Assembly: GCA_907165135.1 (NCBI GenBank)
Contig: OU015570.1
Location: forward strand, 1,628,489 to 1,692,488
Direction: 5' to 3'
Length of the DNA: 64,000 bases
Origin: Oikopleura dioica
Taxonomy: Eukaryota > Animalia > Chordata
Under the pieces are notes generated by a model. The model worked only from the letters and a program-made list of their open reading frames with translations, was not told the DNA's origin and searched no databases. The translations under genes were made by a program, and so were the position numbers. Shown here one piece after another: positions 47,970 to 60,788 of the stretch; position 1 is the first letter of the stretch, and each line of letters opens with the position of its first letter.

Positions 47970-49340
47970 AATTGTTTTAGAGAACGCTTGGACACTGACT
48001 CTTCTAGTGACCACGTCCCTGACATTTGTAACAGGTAACGTGTGCCCTTGATTTTACAGGCTTCTCATCGTCACTTTTTTTCTTACTCTTGGTATTTTCC
48101 CCGCTTCCTTGCGCCTTTTTCTGATAACTGCTCTGCTTTTTATTGTTATCGCTCTTGCCTCGATAATTCTGGTTTGATCCTTTTCTTCTTTGGCTCTCAC
48201 TTTTTTGCCAATGATGATTTGATATTTTTGTCTTTTCCTTTACTACTCAATCCTTGGCCCTGATTTTTATAATGCTTCTGCTTATAATTATTCAGGTTCT
48301 CTTGGGATTCCTGCGGTTTCCCTTGAGTTTTCGATTTCTGAGTCAAATAGAGTTCCGATGAAGGGCTCCTTGTCGCATATAAATTTTCTTAGATGCGTAA
48401 TTGCTCTTCCTGTGACTGCTCAGAGGCAACCCTAAACAATGACTCGTTTGTCAGATAATTGGGAAGCTTGCTTTTGAATTTATCCCAACTGATTGCCTTA
48501 ATAACAAGAGGCGTTTCCTCTGGGTGAATTTCCTCAATAAAAGATGTTACTTTTTGTAGAAAAGATTTGAGGTCATCGGGCTTATTGAACCTGAGTTCCT
48601 GCAGCATTCAAGTTGCAACTGCATCATTTCGCCGGTATTTGACTCGAATTAAATCGAGGAATTTTTCGAAATTTGTACGGTCTTCAGCTTTTAGATTTGA
48701 GAGTTGTAGGTTTATCTGTATCTGATCCGAAATCGGTAGGGCTTTGATGGTCGCTTCAATTTTAGTGTTGAAATCTGCGACATTTTGCCTTTCCAATTGC
48801 GATTTGATAAGCTTTATCCGTGATTCAACTCTCAATTTCGGTGAGTAATCAGAAAAAGTGATTTTATGTGCCTTGTTTAATTAACAAGATGACATGTTGT
48901 TTACTTTTGCGTGTAAAGGTTCGTCTTTTATGTGATTATCTTCGGAAAGCTCGGAGTCAATTCGCAATTCCTCCTGGCTGAAGCTTTCAGTATTCATATT
49001 CAGATCCAACTGATTTTTGAAATTTGAATCTGACTCTACCAATGAGAGTGCAGATTTATACGGCTGATATGCTTCCAGGAAATCCGAGTCGGATTTTCGG
49101 ATTGGCGTGTCAAGTGTATTTTCAGATGCTTGATTGTAGCTGAAGATAATGCGGATGTATGACACAAGTCCTGTTGGTGCGCTGTGTGCAAATTTTGATG
49201 AAAAAGAAGATCATCGCCGTTGTGTCGCAAAATTTGGACTTTAACGTAAATCGCCTTCTTTTTGATTTCAGCGACAATTGGATCTTTCTTCAGGTTTTCG
49301 GCCGGTTGATTTTTAAAAATTATTGGAAAAAACAATTCAA
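47970..49340 (-). pseudogene. gag: gag of element C with CCHC knuckle
   Basis: Fragmented ORFs directly upstream of pol; CYKCQGRGH*KSQC near 47990-48035. Confidence 0.7.
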
Positions 49341-49592
49341 ATAATAAGTTTTTATTGACTTTGTTATTTTAACGTTGAAGCTTTGGCCAAGATGTTAAAC
49401 TTCTACCATTATTTATTTTGATTAAAATTCCCATTCCTTGCTCCTAGTTCGTTGATAATATCGTTTTTGAAAGTGCTTTTCTCCTGAATCACTTATTTCA
49501 AAGTAAGGATTTCACTTGAAGTAATCAGCTCTTTCTAAAATAAACTACCAATCTAAAGACCGACGTGCTTTTCTGAGAAGTGCTAACTAAAA

Positions 49593-50598
49593 CAGGGATG
49601 GAAATCTGAGCGGCACGGCACAGCGGCATGGAGAGTAAAATCTGGTTGCGGCACCGCGGCGCAGTATAATTAACCATTCCTTGATTTGTTAATTTAAGGG
49701 GCTTGACGGCCCTTCGGGCGGGGCTATGTACTTAACTCGAAATGCCTTAACTCGAAATGGCCCATAACCCTAACCCTAATCCTAACTCTTAATCATACAA
49801 ATATATGTTACATATAATACCGATGAAAGTAGGGGTTGCCCTGGAAAGAAGCCCGAATAAGCGACACCATGCGGGCGGATATCTTTTCTTTCAGCGGCGG
49901 AGGACCCGGTGGAGGACCCCGCTTGCTGGAAGAGTTCTATTATTTGAGAAGAAATCTCTTCTCACTAAAATTTTCTAATTATTACGTAATTACACCACCA
50001 AACACCTCCAAAATTATTTCTTTTTCAATTTTATTCATCTCCCTCAGCAAAACAGAGAAATAAAAAGCCTCACTCTCCTGGGAGAAGGGCGCCAGGGGTG
50101 GCCAGAGATTATCTCCATATATGGAGATAATCTTTTCCAGGGCAATGCTTTACTTTCATCGGTATGTATATACATGGAAACTAACGAGTTTCCATTTCGA
50201 GTTCAGCCATTTCGAGTTAAAGCATTTCGGCCGTTTCAGCCCCGTTCCTTGATTTGTTAATTCAAGGGGCTTGACATTGGCTGGGAACATTGCTTTCAAT
50301 CTCCGTAACGTCGCCAACCCCACCCTCACCCATTGTTTGAAAAATTCAAATTATCCAACATTTTAAGTTCATTATTGTTTTCATTTAATTTTTTGATAAT
50401 TCTAGTTCACTAGAAGCTTTAATTTTTCATTTAAATAAATAAGTTATATGATTCAAATTTGTGCCGTACCGTGCCGTGATGCCGCGGCACCCCATTATCG
50501 AATTTCGTGCCGTGCCGTACCGTGCCGCGGCACGGGTATTTTGGTTGTGCCGTGCCGTGCCGGTGCCGCTTGAAAATTTTCTCATATTTCCATCCCTG
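49593..50598. mobile_element. Non-autonomous hAT (Ac-like) element with CGGCA subterminal repeats and nested insertions
   Basis: TIR CAGGGATGGAAAT / ATTTCCATCCCTG; clustered (CGGCA)n and (TGCCG)n near both ends; no TSD. Confidence 0.75.
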
Positions 50599-50767
50599 AT
50601 ATAGGCTATATATATATATGTAATTCTTATTTCCATCAAATCTAACACCTTCTGATCAATACTCACCCGATTTATTTCTTATTGTTTATTCGTGGTAGTT
50701 TTGTAAGAGACATTTCGGTCTCCGTTAATCAAATGTATGTAGAGCTTTGGTGGTGCTCCTTATTTAT

Positions 50768-51350
50768 GGGATCCCCCGATTTCGCCAACTTTGACCTCTA
50801 TCTACTTTTTTTTGAGCTTACGTAGGAAGCTGGTTTTGGGCGCATTAGAAAGCCCGCTTCGAAAAGAGCAAATTCTGGTAGAATCAGCTTGCAAGCAAAA
50901 CATTCGCTTATGCATTACAGGCCGTCAAAGTGATTAACATTTTGAAAAATGGCCATTTAAGGTCATTTCCAAATCGTATCTACTTTTTTTTGGGCTTTGG
51001 GATTCAAAATCTTCTTGGTTTATCTAAAAGTATAGACGCGTATCTTTATTTTTTTGTTAGAATCAGCATGATCGGATAAGTGATTAAAAAAATTCTAGTT
51101 GTAAAACTTTTTGAAACCATTTTTGGCGTTATTTGGGTGTAAGAATGCTCTCTGGCGCCAACAATTGACCGAAGATTCTAGTGCGGTTATAATATTCGTA
51201 ATCTTCACATTCTAAGCTTTCGAAAGAGCCCTTGTTTGTGTGATTTCGATGATTATGAAAAATCGAAAAAAATTGTGATTTTCACGATGTACAATTTACA
51301 TGCATTTTCCCGAACTTTGGGAGCCAAAATTTCGGGGATGCATTTACATC
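50768..51350. mobile_element. Copy of the GGGATC (Kolobok-like) MITE family
   Basis: Extended reverse-complement similarity to 43825-44509; another partial end lies at 60250-60357. Confidence 0.65.
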
Positions 51351-52385
51351 CCTGTATGTTGGGGGGCTGATCAACACCTCATATGAAAGCTTAGAGTCTG
51401 TTGTTTGTAGCATCGACCGAATTTTTGGAATCGACCAATCAGATGGCGAGAAATTTCTTGGTCAATGTTTGATGATTTTTTTGTCAAAAAACGCTCAAAA
51501 TTTCATTTTTTCTTTATTATCGGCCAGAATATGACCAGCTATGGCCAGCCATGGTCAAGTTTGGCCGGAGGACCCCGGAGGACCTCTATGGTAGAAGACC
51601 ATCCGCTGGAAGACCAGTATAAAAATTAAAAAAAAAATATTCAATATATGGCCGTGGTCGGTCAGTATATGACCACCTCTGGTTAACTTTGGTCAAGTTT
51701 GGCCGGAGGATCCCCGGAGGACCTCCCTGCTGGAAGACCACTCAGATGGCGAGAAATTTCTCGGTTAATTTTTGATTATTTTCTGTCAAAAAACGCTCAA
51801 ATTTTGGTTTTTAAATAATTTCATCGATTTTGAAAAAGATAAGTAGCAAGACCGACTGGTTGATTTCTATAAAAATTCGAATTTTATCTCAATTTTAAAA
51901 AATTAACCGCCTTTCATATTAATTTACCGGCTATTTTTACGATTTTTTTGGTAGTTAAAATGTACCGCGGGTTAGCTTATCGGTGAGAATATCTTAAATA
52001 TCTGATTATTTTTACAATCGACCATAATTATTTGGGTTTTCTGACAAAAATTAGTTTCAAAGTGTTTATGTTTAAAAGATATATTTACACTTGATCTAAT
52101 GTACTACACAGAATAAGTATTATTTTCGCTTGAATTCGACGTTTTCTTCATAATTGTCCATATGCCAGAAAACGCTTTGAGATAAATTTATTAAATAATT
52201 TTTCCAAAATGGCTTACCGATGTTGATTTCGCGCTTCAGTGATGTCATCTCGTGAAAAGTAGAAATACTCTGTTTTGAGTTAGCTATCAAGATTAAAATA
52301 AAAGGATTTTCGAAAAATATTTTTAACTCCTTCCTGCATGGTCAGCGCCAAATTTCAGAAAAGCTTCGCTGTCAATAATCGTTAA

Positions 52386-52911
52386 CCGTGTGGGACGAAT
52401 CCCCGCGTATGAGCGCGGGAGGAACCGTACATTCGAATGTCATTTAAGCAAAAACTCGAATAACTCATGAACCGCTCGTCCGATATTCCTCAGATTTTCA
52501 GAGATTACTAATCTTTATGTCCTCTTTCATATCCTGATGTCAGAATTCATATCTTGGTATCGTCAGAAATACTTATTTTTTAGAAAGTATGAAAGTGAGA
52601 AATTTTAATTATCATCATGTTGCAGTTGATGAGATTTCATCAGAAATATAGATTAAAGTTGCCTAAATAGCTCAAACAAACAAATTGGTTCGTTTTTACA
52701 GTAAAAATCTCAGCGGGCGCTCGAGTAGGGTAGACATAATCCCGTGTCAGGTGCAACTGAGCCCTGATAAAAATTCCATATTTGCACAAGTTACTGAGAA
52801 GGCATGAACCAACCCACATTTAAAATTTAAAAGTTCTCGGACTTATAGTTTGGGAATAGCGGGCCCCTAAAGTCTTAAATGACATTGGAATGTACGATTC
52901 GTCCCACGCGG
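52386..52911. mobile_element. piggyBac-like MITE
   Basis: TTAA on both sides; TIR CCG(T/C)GTGGGACGAATC. Confidence 0.75.
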
Positions 52912-52948
52912 TTAACCCGTTAACTGGGCGCGCGATATTATACGTTAA

Positions 52949-53390
52949 CAGACGCGTGGAGATCTAATCTCCACGGACGTTCTGACGATTTCTGTAAAGT
53001 ATGGCCAATCTTAGTAAATTCTAAGAAGACAGGGTGATTCAGAAGCGTCTGCTCTTTCATCTGACCATTGTTTTTTTGTTACTCTTGGTCGTCTAATGGC
53101 TGAAAATTGGCTTCAAAGTTACGTCATTTTCGGCGCTGAAAACCATTGAAAAGGGAAAAAAGGGAAAAGGCGAGCGTGTTGCATTACTCTTTCCCTTTTT
53201 TTCGCTGACTGAAGTTTTTCTTTTGCTTCTCCTGAGAAGAATTTCACGCAGAATTTTTTGAAAATTATACTAGGGGATAGAGAATCGATTATATTTTTCA
53301 AAAATGCAAAAATTTAAAAAAAAAAAATTGAGTCTGGTCCATGTTAGAGCGCTTCAAAGGCGCCGTGGAGATTAGATCTCCACGCGACTG
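52949..53390. mobile_element. TTAA-flanked MITE with 28-bp TIRs
   Basis: TTAA|CAG(A/T)CGCGTGGAGATCTAATCTCCACGG at both ends; the TIR contains an internal palindrome. Confidence 0.75.
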
Positions 53391-56300
53391 TTAAGGGGTT
53401 AACGGGCCGCAATCTGGAACTCCAAAGAAAATTTTCACAAAATAAGTTTTACCTAGACTTCCCTGAGGGCACATGTTTGTTGTCGTTCTTTTTTGGATAT
53501 TATTTCCGTAAAACAAAGAGAAAACTGCGTCAATTGCTGGAAAAAGAAACGGCCAATATTGCTCGTGGTATCTTTTGTGAGCTTTTCAAATGTTTTTTTT
53601 TAGGGTTCCAAAAAATAAATGCATTTTTAAGCTCATTCTCGATAAATGTGATCTTGAAGAGACAAGGAACTCGTGTCCGCTTGTATAAATACTGTTATAA
53701 AATGACCAATATCATTTTCGAGTTTCCATCATTTTATTGTGTTGAACGGTTTCGAGCAAAGCTCTTCATCAGAACACTAGGAGAAGGTAGAAACATAAGG
53801 AACAGAAAGGAAGAGTTAACCTGCAAAATTGTGCGGATGGGACTGATGGAAACTCAATTATAAAACGTAAACTTCAATATAATATCATTTTCGTCAATAG
53901 TGTCGTCATTTTCTTTTGTTGGAGTAAAAGATCTCTGAGTTACCATGTCCCAATCAATATAGATACTTAACATGATAAATATCAACGATTTAATTAATTA
54001 AAATATTGTTTTGAGTTGAATTAAAAAACAGCTTTTCAAAAGGAAAAACTTATTTATCATATACTTATATTTTATAATATAAGTATATATATAATATATA
54101 TATAAGTATATATATTATAATTATAATAAATATACTTATATTTTATCTTACCTCATTATTATAGAATCAATTTGACGGCCCTTTGTCTCTTCGATGACAA
54201 GTTTTTTTGCTTGTTTCTTTTGTTTTGAATCGCCTGTAGCCAAATTGAGAATTCAAAGTGATTGTGAGGGTCCTGACAGATTGATATTATTTCAAATTTG
54301 AAAGTATTACCGAGTAAAATAGACTTTGATTCCTTGTAGAGTTGTTTTTTTAAGAGACCAAAGAAGGCGAGAACATGTGTCGACGTGATAAACGTTATCT
54401 TTTAAATAACAATTAAACATGATTTATAAATAATAAAAAACACCACTTTATCCATAGATGATTACTGACAAAATGATTGATTGAAAGAAATAAATGTTTA
54501 CACCAATGACATAAAAAAATCCAGCACAATATAAACTATAATTTGAGAAAATTGATTGCCCGTAGGGAATAAGCGTCTCCTAACTTCTTTTGAAATTTTT
54601 GGACGGATTCATTTGCTTGAAAATCGACTTTCTTCATTTTTTTCAAATTTAAGAATCTATCTTCAGCAGTCGTCACGTTGATTATCTTTGACGGCGTAAT
54701 GTTCTCCATGAAAATGTTGCTCGCATCTCCGTTATCGTCTTTTTGTTTTTCATAGCAATTGTCATTCGTCGTTGTCAATCTTTTTTTTGGTGGCAGAATA
54801 TTCGTCAAATCAGCAAAAGGTTTTTTCTCGCTCTTCCGTTTTTTCGATTCGCTGACTTTTCTTTCTACGAAGAAATTTTCTTTTGCAAAACTGCTCGACT
54901 ATCGATTTTGTTGCATTCCCTGAATTTGCCTCGAACACAGCTAATAATAATATTATTATTTCTTATCCGATTATTTTTTTGTTTATGGATGATCACAAGA
55001 GCAAGAGAAAATTTACCGTTGACATTTAAAATCGCCAATTATAGAGCCACCCTGTCTTTCTGTAGCTTCGTTAACGTTAATAAAATAACGCTAATGATAG
55101 TGATACAAAAATTATACCGATTTGCTTGTGAGTCGCGCATCTCTACGTTTCCGCACTGTTCAAGCCTTTCAAAAAAGTTTCAATAAATCACTGATTCAAG
55201 TGGCCAAGCCGAAATAGAAAAGAGGCAAGCTGCTTTGTAACGGATAAGAGTTCAAGATTAACAAACGCATCTGAACTTGTTTTCTCATTTTCAGATTATT
55301 TTATCTCTTTGCTGAAACTTTATTTTTCTTCTCAAAAAGTCAAACTCTTCTCGCGCTCTGCATTCATCAATAAGCTCGACGTGATTTATCGCTCGGTCCA
55401 TTGTATTAAGTTCCGATGCAATAATGCTAACATAGCTATGATGCGCATCTTTCAGAGGTTTTTAAATTTGTTTAATATTTGTTTTAATTATTGATTTTTA
55501 GATTCTTCACAAACTCTGGCGATGTATGATTTACTTTCTAAAGGCTGCTCTTTATTCTTTAAAACTTTCAAAAATTTTAACAAACGCCTTTAATTGTGAG
55601 CAGCCTAAACTGTGCAGCGGTGTTTTAAAAGTTATGACCAATTCAGGGTAGAACCGTAATTGTGAGAAGCTGAATTAAAAAAAAAATCTATGAGTATTAA
55701 CTCATACCTGTATTGGTTCTTGAAGTCGAGAATGGGGTGAGAATTTTTCATCTATTTTATTCCATTTTTTTATTATTCTGGGTTAATTTTGTTTAAATTG
55801 AATTATCTTTTACTTTTTAATTCTTAATTCTTTTAAAAGATTATGACTTCTCATCTTTATTTTTTATACTTATTTAGAGGCTATAGTGGATCTCAATGTG
55901 CAATTCGCGCTGCGCACGGAATTCATAGTATTTCCTGCGCAAACAAACCCCTCCGCACGGACAGACTTCCCTGCGCACGGAGAGACTTCTCTGCGCGCGG
56001 ACAAAACTATCTACGCCCGTAACAAAGAACGCTTGCTCCCTACGTAAAACCCCTTTCTCCCTGTGCACAAACTTCTTTACGCACGTGATTATTCATTCTC
56101 CATACGGAACTCTCTTTCTTTCTCACGCAACTGTATCACTTCCGTGCGGACCAAGCTCTGTCCGTACGCATAGAAATAGTATATAAGTCGCTGCGCTCTG
56201 CACCTCCATCGTCACTTGAAATTACTCGCTCACTTGTAAAACTTGCTCTTTTTACAAAACAACGCTCACTATTTTTATCCTGCTCGCGATAACAATAAAC

Positions 56301-56492
56301 TACATATTCATATCCAACTTATGTGCATTGAGAAACACGTACATATTTTGGTGACTGAATAAAACGGAACGCCTCCCAAGAGATACAGTCAGAGACAGAG
56401 ATCAAGTGCCGCTCGACGTTCCAAAAACTTGGTTTCTCAAGGACCAGACTCAAATAGGTTAAGGTTACCCAGTAAGCTTATTTTTCGATATC

Positions 56493-57766
56493 ATGGGGGA
56501 CGAGCTTTACTATAAAACGGTCGTTGACCTCACTGCCAAGGAACTTATGCTTGTTTATGACAAGAATCCAAATCGAAAATACCCTTTGGCAATTCCAAGA
56601 TTTGACAAATCAGGATGTGTTCTGAACTTGCTCAATATTCAGCCAAACTTGTTCGATGATTTGGACAAAAAGTATTTTTTTCGAAAGACAAACCAAGGCC
56701 TTGAGTTCGACCCCGCATTTGATGTTACTAACATCCAAGAAGCTGTCCAAAAGACTGCTCGAGCCGACCATAAGATTGATGTCGATAAAATAAATGAGAT
56801 CATTGTTATGGACAACCTTGCCACAATTCTTGACCGAATTGACGAGTCTGAAAAGCAAGAGGAGACCAAGTACCGGCCACCACCCTCTGACTCTAAGCCA
56901 TCTGGATCAACTCCACGAAATGGAAATGCTCAGCCCCGAGGAAGTGCTCAGCCGAAAAAGGAACCAACTAACGATCGCTCAAATCGTTTGGACAAGTGAA
57001 GATGAAGACCCCGAAATTTGATGCTCAACTCCCAGTTGAAAATTTTATTTCGAACCTGGAACTCTACGGAAATTGCTCGAAGATTTGCGACGAAGATCTT
57101 ATCAGTGTTGCTCTGTCCCAAATCCTGATGGAGGAAAGTGGAACTTCTCTCGTCGAAGCAATCACTGAAGAAGAAAAACAAAACTGGAACAGCTTCAAGG
57201 GTAAGCTTGTTCAAGTTCTGGGTAAAGACAAAGAGCACTACAAGCACATGTATACATCGTTCCAACGAGGTCAGGAGACACAGCAAATGGCAGTCACAAA
57301 ACTTCAAGCCTTCTTCAAGAAAGGATACGGAAAGCTCAATCTTGATGCTGCAGATGAATCAATTATCTGTGACCGATTTATCGAATGCCAAGAGCCAAGA
57401 CTCGCTGAACTGCTCAGACGTGAAAAATCCTTGCTGACACTCCGAAATATCGCTCAACGTGCCATGGAACTGGAGAGAAGCTTCTTCAAACGAGAAAATA
57501 TCTTCGTCGCGGAAAGCTCTTCAAATGCGAAGGAATCTGAAATGGCCCAAATCTGCTCTCAACTGAAGGAAATTATATTTGCTGCGAAGGAGCCAGCAAA
57601 GGAAAAGAAGAAAAAGGGAAGATCGAGAATCCCCATCAACAAGCTCCAAGGACACTGCATTTCATACGTCCGAAATAACCGATGCCGATTTGGCGAAAAG
57701 TGCAAATACCTTCATGCGGAAGACGTACCAAAGGAAATTGAGGAAATAATCAAAAAGGAGGCATGA
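56493..57766 (+). pseudogene. gag: gag of element D (frameshift near 56980) with CCCH zinc finger
   Basis: TPKFDAQLPVENFISNLELY capsid-like start; CISYVRNNRCRFGEKCKYLH at 57656-57715. Confidence 0.8.
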
Positions 57767-58354
57767 CTATCAAGAGTCATTGAAACGTGTGAATATGCTC
57801 ATTTTGCACCGGCCTCGCTCAAATTTGTTAAGATTATGCTCAACGGACTAAAATTTCCCTGCCTTATCGATAGTGGCGCAAGTAGAACATGTTTCCGCTC
57901 AGATGTTCTAGATCTATTACCGTCAACTATCAACAAACAAATTCCATCTACAATCATGCTCAAGTGTGCGAACTCAGAAGTCGTCAATGTTAAAACGCTC
58001 AGCTCCCCAATTGACGTCAAATTCGAAACAAGCTCTTCGCCACTAAGATTGAAGTTAGATCCGCTCATCGTTCAAAATTTATCGTGCCCGATCATTTTGG
58101 GAATGGATGCTCTCAAGGGGATAACGATCGGAGAAAAATCAGTCACTTTATTTAATAAGAAAATTCCAACAATAGATCCGAACTCAACTGATTTGTTCTT
58201 AACTGGCCTTATTGAAATCGACAAGAATTCTGGTCGTGAGAAAGAAGATTACGAAGCTTTCTTGAAGAGGCGATCAGAACAAGCCCAGAAAATCAATTTT
58301 GTTCCAGCTATTGGTTCTTATGGTGCAACTGACTTTGACTGTTTCCGATTTTGA
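57767..58354 (+). pseudogene. pol: Aspartic protease (start of pol) of element D, in frame with gag across one TGA
   Basis: LIDSGASRTC and IILGMDAL motifs; same frame as the gag ORF starting at 56996. Confidence 0.85.
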
Positions 58355-59668
58355 GCGTGAAAAATAGAGCGCAACGGGATAAGTTATCGATAATAAAGGC
58401 GTTATTCAAAATTCTAAATCCTAGGATGGAAAGATCAAACACTCTTCTACAAACTGATCTTTTGTTCAAAAAATAGTTGGAATAGTTCAGAAGTTCTATG
58501 CGGTTAACGAAACCCCGAGCTTTTCAACTGCTTCTGTGATCACGAAATTGCTGATTTTTGGTCGGCTAATAGAGAGAGCTTCAAAGATCATGTAGGAATA
58601 ATCTTCCAAACTCTAGATTTGAGTTCAATTTGAAAAATATCGCCAGAGCGGCCGTGAGGCGAGCGCAAGGCCCCGCGCCGATTTTCTGCATTACCCTTAA
58701 GGGAACGTCGACGATAATCAGGCATTTCTCAACCAAAATTTTTTTTTATACGATAAATAATCGAAGAATTCTAATATTTCAGGTATCAAGAAATGCCTTT
58801 GAAGAATACATGAGCGTGAAGAAAAAAAATTTTTTTGAAAAAATGTAATCAAAAAATAAAAAAGTCGAAAAGATTTCTCCTATTGATCTCATCTGTAAAT
58901 AAATTTATATCTCAAAATGAGCCTGAACGGCCCATTAAGTAAAAAGCCGATTTTTTGTGCGACCACCCTAATCATATGACAAAAAATCAATTTTTTCACC
59001 GTTCACTCCCTATATATATGGTGTAACGGTCCTTTTGGCGATGGCGTAACGTTCCGATATGGCCTATTGGTCCGAGTTTTTAATAAAAATTCCCGAGAAC
59101 GCAAAAATAATCTATGCATAATTTAAATTTTATCCCGTCCCTCCTCTGGTTCCCCTCTTTCCAAAAATTTTCATTTTTTCGTGAAGTACAATTTTTCAAA
59201 AGCGCTCGACACAGGATGACGTGGACATGTACACAGGTCCTGTGTCCGTTTGGAACCAAAAAATCTTGATTTTACGAATGCACTCAGACAGTTTTAATAA
59301 GTTACAGGAGAGTAGGGATAAATATTTCGGTATAGAAAGAAGAGACTTTTTATTTCTCACTAAAACCTAACCCGAACCCGGAGGCTTACCGAAATATTTT
59401 TCCATACTACGAGTTACAGTGGTTTTCCATTTTAAGAGCGTTTTTCAGATGACAAGAGTCGATCAAAACGCTCTGAAATTGGGCGAAAACCATTGTATTC
59501 AAAAAATCCTTTTCTAGAACACTTTTATAAGCTAAGTTTTATGTCTTGCTAAAAATACCGTGGTTTCCATCTTAAGAGCGCCCGACTTAAGAGCGTTTTT
59601 GCGTATATTGTAAAATGTTGTCATCTGCAAAAATTCCAACTTAAGAGCGTTGTTAAGATTTTTATTTA

Positions 59669-60249
59669 CAGTGATAACCCATTTTAAGGCCGACCCTTTT
59701 AAGGCCACTTTTCCGAAAAATCTCAAAAATCTGTCATCCTTAAAAATCCACTTTAAGGCCACTTTTTTCAATTTCTATTCAAAACCCGAAAGTTGCAGTG
59801 TCACTTGAAAAAGCTTTTTATCTTCGACTGCCCGATGCCTCCTGTTTTTATATTTATTCTTATTTTTGGTACTCTTCGATGATTTTTTCTCGAATTATAC
59901 AATTAGCGATGATTTCTTACGGTCCTGTCTGAATTTTTACTTAGATTTGACTCCAAGTAATTAAATTTATCATTATATTGGCGTCAAAAAATACGCAGAG
60001 AAATGTCTTAACCATTTTTCTTTCGAAAAAGCTCATTAATTATCTTCTTCACGTAACTTTTCTTTGACGTCTTCACTAGAATCTCTTCATATCTTTTTTC
60101 TTATGATTCGTCATGTTACATGACTCATGAGTCATGAGTCATGTTGTTCCTTTTTCAGACATGTTTTTCGAATATAATTTTTAAAATAATGAAAGAAAGA
60201 ATCACCTTGAGTTCAATTCAAAAATCGGCCTTAAAATGGGTTTTTACTG
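59669..60249. mobile_element. Tc1/pogo-like MITE
   Basis: TA|CAGTGATAACCCATTTTAAGGCCGA .. TCGGCCTTAAAATGGGTTTTTACTG|TA. Confidence 0.8.
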
Positions 60250-60596
60250 TATGTAAAGAGGTATTATCATATATCAAAATGATCCCCAGAACACGAGGAA
60301 TCTAATCATAGGCGATAATGACCGGTGCAAAAGTTTTGAAAAATCGGGGGTGATCCCTTATGACAGTAGCGCATGGCGCTAGAGTTCATTGGTGCTGGCG
60401 GAGCTTCGGCGATAATGCACGCTTATGCAGATTGTTCGCCGTCAAACCGAAGCACCTGTCGCAGTCATCAGAATCGTTGCGGGACACGTCCTTTTGCTGG
60501 GAATTGCCTATCCATCTGTCGAAGCAAAAGTCCTCGACTTCTTATGATAGCTCAAAAAGTATGAAAAAAGGGGTGTTAAACTATGATATTATTTAA

Positions 60597-60788
60597 ATTT
60601 TATCGATTCCTGCTTCCACTGCAAATATTGAACGGGTTTTCGGTAGAGTTAGCAAATATCTTCACGATCCGAAAAGAAGTCGAATCGAGGCGAACACGGT
60701 GCTGTTACTCAAACAATTTTCAATGACGCAAAGATTCGAAGAAGAACTTACGAAATATTGCAAGGAAAACAATATTCCTCTTGAATAA
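60597..60788 (+). pseudogene. hAT transposase C-terminal dimerisation-domain remnant
   Basis: ILSIPASTANIERVFGRVSKYLHDPKRSRI. Confidence 0.75.

Larger units (their letters stand above)
33500..49340 (-). mobile_element. LTR retrotransposon C (gag-pol-env), heavily decayed and interrupted; LTRs not found
   Basis: gag ~47970-49340, pol ~43480-47889, env fragments from ~43390 downwards; colinear order on the minus strand. Confidence 0.75.
55880..58354 (+). mobile_element. LTR retrotransposon D, 3'-truncated after the protease
   Basis: LTR-like region (~55880-56343) with 20-bp tandem CGCACGGA..ACTT repeats, AATAAA and a ..ACA end; TGGTGAC PBS-like motif at 56349; then gag and protease. Confidence 0.75.

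Noticed and set aside
54049-54150. AT-only palindromic stretch
   Set aside because: Low-complexity TA repeat; self-complementarity is expected by chance.
53477-55494. Medium ORFs near the piggyBac-like MITEs as a piggyBac transposase
   Set aside because: No DDD motifs or Cys-rich C-terminus could be recognised on either strand.
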